Assembly: GCA_964291495.2 (NCBI GenBank)
Contig: OZ219871.1
Span: 128,001-192,000, forward strand
Length of the DNA stretch: 64,000 bases
From: Dehalococcoidia bacterium
GTDB lineage: Bacteria > Chloroflexota > Dehalococcoidia > UBA2979
Direction of reading: 5' to 3'
This document shows, one piece after another, positions 58,791-64,000 of this stretch (position 1 is its first letter; every line of letters starts with the position of its first letter). The notes below the pieces were generated by a model. That model was not told where the DNA came from, ran no database searches, and was given only the letters and a program-made list of their open reading frames with translations. The position numbers and the translations under genes are program-made.

Positions 58791-59492
58791 ATGGCACTAG
58801 GCAGCTTCTCCTCAGGTGAAGTCATTACCTACTTGGAAATGTGCACGGAGGAGAACACAAGCCTTCAGCGTGGGATGAACTTCCGGCTGCATCCCCAATA
58901 CAGCGTCGTCCTAATGAGCCAGCGGCCCGGGGCTCCGTACGCTGACCGGGTGGAAGACGGCGGAGCCACGCTGATTTACGAAGGACACGACGCCCCTCAA
59001 TCACGGGACGGTGCGGACCCGAAACGCATTGATCAGCCCTTAGGCACTGCCTCCGGGAGACCGACTCAGAACGCGCACTTCAGGAGCGCCGCTCGTGCAT
59101 TTCAGGACGGGCGCGGCGAACCTGAGCTGGTGAAGGTGTACGAGAAGGTGCGCCAAGGCATCTGGGTCTTCAACGGCTTCTTCCGTCTGACTGACTCTTG
59201 GGAAGAGGACAGTGGCGGGCGCTCGGTCTTCAAATTCCGTTTGGAGCTTACGCGGGACTCTGCGTCACCCGGCCCTCAGTTAGAGCAGAACCGCACGCGG
59301 ATCATTCCGTCGGCGGTCAAGCAAGAAGTGTGGAAGCGCGATGCGGGGCAATGTGTCGAGTGTGGAGCGACCGACGAACTCCACTTCGACCACGTCATCC
59401 CGTATTCCGCCGGAGGATCCTCCACAACGACAGAGAACGTGCAACTGCTGTGTGCGCGACACAACCTAGCGAAGCGCGACCGGATTCAGTAA
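58791..59492 (+). CDS. SRA-like + HNH endonuclease (probable modification-dependent restriction enzyme)
   Basis: C-terminal WKRDAGQCVECG..LHFDHVIPYS.GG...NVQLLC..HN; N-terminal SVVLMS..YAD...LIYEG..DQ..N..VYEK..NGFF..W..VFKFRL resembles SRA/YDG; visibly lower GC. Confidence 0.8.
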   Translation: MALGSFSSGEVITYLEMCTEENTSLQRGMNFRLHPQYSVVLMSQRPGAPYADRVEDGGATLIYEGHDAPQSRDGADPKRIDQPLGTASGRPTQNAHFRSAARAFQDGRGEPELVKVYEKVRQGIWVFNGFFRLTDSWEEDSGGRSVFKFRLELTRDSASPGPQLEQNRTRIIPSAVKQEVWKRDAGQCVECGATDELHFDHVIPYSAGGSSTTTENVQLLCARHNLAKRDRIQ

Positions 59493-59525
59493 CTCAGTCT
59501 GCGAGTAGCCGTGCGGCCGCATCTC

Positions 59526-59550
59526 GGTGAGGCGGGGCGGTAGGGCTGCG
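59526..59550 (+). repeat. 25-bp direct repeat, right copy
   Basis: Identical to 58663-58687. Confidence 0.9.
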
Positions 59551-59617
59551 CGCGGGGGCGCGGGATTGGGTAGCATGGGGGCGGGCCGTGGCGCGGCCCC
59601 ACGCGGGAGGACGAAGC

Positions 59618-60897
59618 ATGTTCATCGGCTACTTCACGGAGCGCCCCTATCAGGACCGCGAGTCCGGCTTCTTCGGCATCACGGGCCGCTCCAACACCGA
59701 CCTCAACATCTCCAACGGCGCCTACAACCCGAAGCTCGGCGCCGAGCTCTACAACCGCTACCTCGATGAGAAGGTCTACGCCGAGGAGATGGGCTTCGAC
59801 GGCGTGATGCTCAACGAGCACCACTCCACCCCGTTCTGCATGGGCAGCGTGCTCAACGTCGAGGCCGCCATCCTCGCGAGGATCACGAAGAAGGTGAAGA
59901 TCGTCCTCGCCGGCAACGTCCTGCCACTCTGGGACGACCCGCTCTTCCTCGCCGAGAGCCTTTCCGAGATCGACATGATCTCGCGAGGGCGTCTGGTCAC
60001 CGGCTGGGTCCGCGGCGGCGGCCGCGAGAGCGTCTCGCACAACGCCCAGCCGCCCTTCAACTGGGAGCGCTTCCAGGAGGCGCACGACTTCGTGGTGGCG
60101 GCGTGGACGCGGCCGGCCCCTTCCGCTGGGAGGGCGAGCACTTCAACTACCGCTACGTGAACCCGTTCGTCCGCCCCTACCAGAAGCCGCACCCGCAGAT
60201 GTGGATCCCCGGCGTCGTCAGCCGCAACACCGTCGAGTGGGCCGCGCGGCACCGCTACCCCTACATCATGCTCGCAACCCAGTTGGAGCCGACCAAGCAG
60301 TCCTTCGCCTACTACCACGAGGTTGCCGAGCGCGAGGGCTACGAGTCCGGCACGCAGAACATCGGCTACCTCTTCAAGGTCCACGTCGACGAGACCGAGG
60401 AGCTGGCCTACGAGACGGCCCGCAAGTTCATCGAGGGTCCGCCCAACCCGTTCCTCGAGGGCAACACGGGGAACGTGAACCCCTACATCCAGAACCTGCC
60501 CGGCCTCACCTCGCGCACGAACCTGCTGCCCACGGGCGGCGCGCAGCCGGCCGGCAGGCAGGTCGCGGGCGCGGTCGCGCCGCGCGTGCGCGGCAACCAG
60601 GGCCGCAGCTACGAGGACCAGGTCGAGACGAAGACGATCATCACGGGCACACCGAAGTCGGTCATCCCGAAGATCCGCGAGGTCCTCCAGGAGCTGCGGC
60701 CGGGCTCGATCTTCCTCTGGGACGGCGACGGCGCGATGACGCACGAGGATGCGATGCGCAGCCTGACACTGATGGGCGAGGAGGTGATCCCGGCGATCCG
60801 CGAGATGGGCGAGGAGCTGGAGCTGTTCAGCCCCTTCGAGCGCGACACCGCCACGGGCGAGCCGATCGGCGAGGCCGCAGCGGCTTCAGCGGGGTAG
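59618..60897 (+). pseudogene. LLM-class flavin-dependent oxidoreductase with a single-base frameshift at ~60114 (may be an assembly error)
   Basis: GFDGVMLNEHHSTP, IDMISRGRL in one frame; GPFRWEG...PYQKPHP in the next; one added base gives WTRPGPFRW. Confidence 0.85.
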
Positions 60898-60999
60898 CTC
60901 CCCGCCGCAACGGGCAACGAGGCGAGGGCGGCCGTGGGGCCGCCCTCGTTGCGTGTCCGGTGCCTCGCGGATGTCGGATGAGCGCGCTGCGCCCGGCTC

Positions 61000-61385
61000 A
61001 GCCCACCCACCCGCCCCCGGAGTTTCATTCTGCGGGGGGCTGCGCCCCGCACGCCCCCTCGTGGGGGCGCCACCCCCACACCCCCGTCGGATCGCGGCGG
61101 CGCAACGAACCTTCCGAGGGCGGTCCGGTCCCTCTCCCCGCGGGAGAGGGCGGAGGGTGAGGGAGGCGCACTCCCCCCGAGGCTCAGAGGGCGCATCGCA
61201 GCCATCGGAGGGCAGCTGGTCACGCGGGCCAACGGGCGTGGCACGCGTCCTCGGAAGTCTGGCGTGCCCCCTTCACCCAACCCTCTCCCCCAGGAGAGGG
61301 GGCCGGACTCAGGGCGCCTCGGGACTGTCGGAGGGTGCCCCCTCCGATCCCCTCGCCCCCGGCGGGAGAGGGGGCCGGAGCGGCG
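61000..61385. repeat. Palindromic repeat cluster
   Basis: ccggtccctctccccgcgggagagggcggagggtgaggg, cccaaccctctcccccaggagaggg and related hairpins between convergent genes. Confidence 0.75.
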
Positions 61386-61440
61386 CAACGGACCTTCGAT
61401 GCTGGAGCGACGACTGACGTGAGCTGTGGGCAGGCGGTGG

Positions 61441-63156
61441 TCAGTGGCCTCGGTACCTCGAGGCGAGGGGGTAGCGGCGGTCGCGGCCGAAGGCGCGGGG
61501 GGTGATCTTGATGCCGGGTGGGGACTGGCGGCGCTTGTATTCGTTGCGGTTGATCAGGTCGATCACGCGGCGCACCGTCGCCTCCTCGTAGCCGCGCGAG
61601 ACGATCGTCTCGAACGAGTCGTCGGCCTCCACGTAGGCCTCGATGATCGGGTCGAGCACCTCGTAGGGCGGGAGTGAGTCGGTGTCGAGCTGGTCCGGAC
61701 GCAGCTCGGCGGAGGGCGGCTTGTCGATCACGGCCTGCGGGATCACCTCGCTCACGCTGTTGCGGTAGCGCGCCAGGGCATAGACGAGGGTCTTCGGCAC
61801 GTCCTTGATCACCGCGTAGCCGCCCGCCATGTCGCCGTAGAGCGTGGCGTAGCCGCAGGCGTACTCGGACTTGTTGCCCGTGGTGAGCACGATCGCGCCC
61901 GTCTTGTTGGAGAGCGCCATCACGAGAAGCCCGCGCAGCCGCGACTGCACGTTCTCCTCGGCCGCGCCCGCCTCGCTGCCCTCGAACTCGCGGGCGAGCG
62001 CGTCGATCGCGGCCTGGTGCAGCGGCTCGATCGGGATCGCCGCGAGCTGGATGCCGAGCCGCTCGGCGAGGTCCTGCGCGTCCGCGATCGAGCCTTCCGA
62101 GGAGTAGCGAGATGGCAGCGAGATGCCGCGCACGTGCTCCGGCCCCAGCGCGTCGACGGCGATCGCCGCCACCAGCGAGGAGTCGATGCCGCCCGAGAGC
62201 GCGATGATCGCGTCCTCGAAGCCGGTCTTGCGCAGGTAGTCGCGCGTGCCCGTGACCAGCGCGCGGTACGTCTCTTCGAGGTCGTCCGGCGGCTCCGGCA
62301 GCGCGGCCTCGAGCGGCGCTCGATCGCCCTCGCGGGCGGGCGTAACGGCGAGGGCCGGCGGCGCGGCGGCGGGCCGCTCGCGGCGCAGCCGCGACTCGTG
62401 CATGCGCGCCTGCACGATCTCGTCGACGGGGATGTCCACGACGACGAGGTCCTCGAGGAAGGAAGCGCCGCGCGCGAGCACGGCGCCGTCCGCGCCGATG
62501 ACGATCGAGTTGCCGTCGAGGACGATCTCGTCCTGCCCGCCCACCTGGTTCACGTAGGCGATCGCGACGTGATTGTCGACGGCGCGCGTGGACAGCATCC
62601 GCTCGCGCTCGCGGCGCTTGCCGGCGTGGAAGGGCGAGTGGTTGATGTTGACTACGACCAGCGCCCCGGCGAGGGCGGCCTCGCGGGCGGGGCCGTCCGG
62701 ATACCAGACGTCCTCGCAGACGCTCGCCGCCACCTCGACGCCGCCGATGACGAAGCGCGGCGTCTCGACGCCGGGCTGGAAGTAGCGCTCGTCGTCGAAG
62801 ACGCCATAGTTGGGCAGGTGCTGCTTGCGGTGCCCGCCGACGATTTGCCCGTCGTGCAGCACGAACGCGGTGTTGTAGAGCGCGACATCGAACTCAGGCG
62901 CGCCGACGATCAGCGGCGGCAGCCCCCGCGACTCCTCGAGCAGCCGCGCGAGCGAGCGCCCGGCCTCGTCGATGAACGGCGCGCGCAGGAGCAGGTCCTC
63001 CGGCGGGAAGCCGGTGATGGCGAGCTCCGGAAAGGCGACGAGGTCGGCGTCGAGCGCGGCGGCCTCGCGCGCGGCCTCGAGGATGCGCGCGCGGTTGCCG
63101 TCGAAGTCGCCGACGGTGGTGTTGATCTGCGCCAGCGCCACTCGCAGCGGTCGCAT
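61441..63156 (-). CDS. nadE: Glutamine-dependent NAD+ synthetase
   Basis: ALAQIN..VGD, FPEL, LPNYGVFDD.RYF, CEDVW, LSGGIDS, TGNKSE, YATLYGD, PSAELRPDQ.D, NEYKRRQ. Confidence 0.95.
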   Translation of the reverse strand: MRPLRVALAQINTTVGDFDGNRARILEAAREAAALDADLVAFPELAITGFPPEDLLLRAPFIDEAGRSLARLLEESRGLPPLIVGAPEFDVALYNTAFVLHDGQIVGGHRKQHLPNYGVFDDERYFQPGVETPRFVIGGVEVAASVCEDVWYPDGPAREAALAGALVVVNINHSPFHAGKRRERERMLSTRAVDNHVAIAYVNQVGGQDEIVLDGNSIVIGADGAVLARGASFLEDLVVVDIPVDEIVQARMHESRLRRERPAAAPPALAVTPAREGDRAPLEAALPEPPDDLEETYRALVTGTRDYLRKTGFEDAIIALSGGIDSSLVAAIAVDALGPEHVRGISLPSRYSSEGSIADAQDLAERLGIQLAAIPIEPLHQAAIDALAREFEGSEAGAAEENVQSRLRGLLVMALSNKTGAIVLTTGNKSEYACGYATLYGDMAGGYAVIKDVPKTLVYALARYRNSVSEVIPQAVIDKPPSAELRPDQLDTDSLPPYEVLDPIIEAYVEADDSFETIVSRGYEEATVRRVIDLINRNEYKRRQSPPGIKITPRAFGRDRRYPLASRYRGH

Positions 63157-63269
63157 TCGGCTTCCTCGTCCCTCCGGATGGCTGTTCGTGTATCCGGTAC
63201 ACGAACTCGCCGGCTCCGATCGTACGAGCGCGACGGGAGCACGGTCAATCGCGGGCCGGGATGGCGCGG

Positions 63270-63298
63270 CTGGATTCCGGCTTTCGCCGGAATGACGG
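63270..63298. repeat. CGTC-type palindrome
   Basis: ctggattccggctttcgccggaatgacg, also at ~27640 and (reverse) ~30541. Confidence 0.75.
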
Positions 63299-63382
63299 GG
63301 GAGGGGTTGCTGCGCCCTGCCGCGCGGCGGGGCACACTGTCGGGGAGGCGAGCCGCCTGTGCGGCGTCGGCGGAGGGCTCCG

Positions 63383-64000
63383 GTGCAGGTCGATCTGATC
63401 ACGCGGCTCGGACAGGCGGCGGGCGCGGCGCACGAGGGCGTACACGCCGGCCAGCAGTGGTGGGAGCGCTGGAACTTCGACCCGGAGCTGATCATCCCGG
63501 TCGCCCTCGTGACGGGGCTGTACCTGCGGGGCCTCTACGTCTGGCGCAATCGCAGCCGCCCGCATCCGCGCTGGCGCACCGCCTGCTACCTGCTCGGGGT
63601 CGCTCTCCTCGTGGCGGCGATCGAGACGCCGCTCGACGCGGTGGCCGAGCACCACTTCTTCGTGCACATGATTCAGCACGACCTCCTGATGATGTACGCG
63701 GCGCCGCTGATCCTGCTCGGCGCGCCGACCACGCCGGTGCTGCGCGGGATGCCTCGCAGGGTGCGCCGCGTGCTGGTGCGGCCGGTGCTGCGCCGCCCGG
63801 AGGCGCGCTCGCTCTACCGCCTTGTGACGCACCCGCTGATGGCGATCGTGGTGCACACCGGGGTGCTCTGGGCCTGGCACCTCGCGCCCGGCTGGTACGA
63901 CGCCGCCGTCACGGACGACGTCGTGCACGACCTGCAGCACTTCAGCATGACGGCGGCCGGGATGCTGGTCTGGTGGAACGTGATCGACCCCGCCCCGCTG
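63383..64000 (+). CDS. ctaG: Cytochrome c oxidase assembly factor (caa3 CtaG-like), runs off window end
   Basis: Manual translation: WWERWNFDP...PLDAVAEHHFFVHMIQHDLLMMYAAPLILLGAP...WAWH.APGWYD...HDLQH. Confidence 0.8.
   Translation, partial: MQVDLITRLGQAAGAAHEGVHAGQQWWERWNFDPELIIPVALVTGLYLRGLYVWRNRSRPHPRWRTACYLLGVALLVAAIETPLDAVAEHHFFVHMIQHDLLMMYAAPLILLGAPTTPVLRGMPRRVRRVLVRPVLRRPEARSLYRLVTHPLMAIVVHTGVLWAWHLAPGWYDAAVTDDVVHDLQHFSMTAAGMLVWWNVIDPAPL

Noticed and set aside
1-64000. Genome-wide UGA reassignment (Trp/Gly) as the explanation for in-frame TGAs
   Set aside because: Many complete genes end at TGA, often in ATGA/GTGA overlaps (mfd, HAD, folP, nadE), so UGA is normally a stop codon

Overview
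This is a very GC-rich bacterial chromosomal window. Gene content and paralog expansions (LLM flavin monooxygenases, SDRs, thiolase-like proteins, SnoaL, CoA transferases, an F420 PPOX) suggest Chloroflexota/Dehalococcoidia (SAR202-like); that assignment is inference. About 70 CDS cover housekeeping (pth, mfd, nudC, folP, nadE, amtB-glnK, cysteine desulfurase, tRNA-Pro) and catabolism. The standout is a divergent locus at ~48.6-54.5 kb with two in-frame UGA codons, each followed by a SECIS-like hairpin. One is a UGSC-family selenoprotein that the ORF track splits. The other is a thiolase-fold protein whose C-terminal catalytic loop reads NG-UGA-GGG, a candidate selenocysteine thiolase paired with a DUF35 Zn-ribbon/OB-fold partner. 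Other notable items: an SRA-HNH nuclease cassette flanked by a direct repeat of the folP 3' end, an 11-bp-period GlnR-box-like array before amtB with an orphan winged-helix gene in the operon, a probable CTG start for mfd, MITE/REP-like palindromic repeats, and two single-base frameshifts that may be assembly errors. Several start codons were re-picked by eye.
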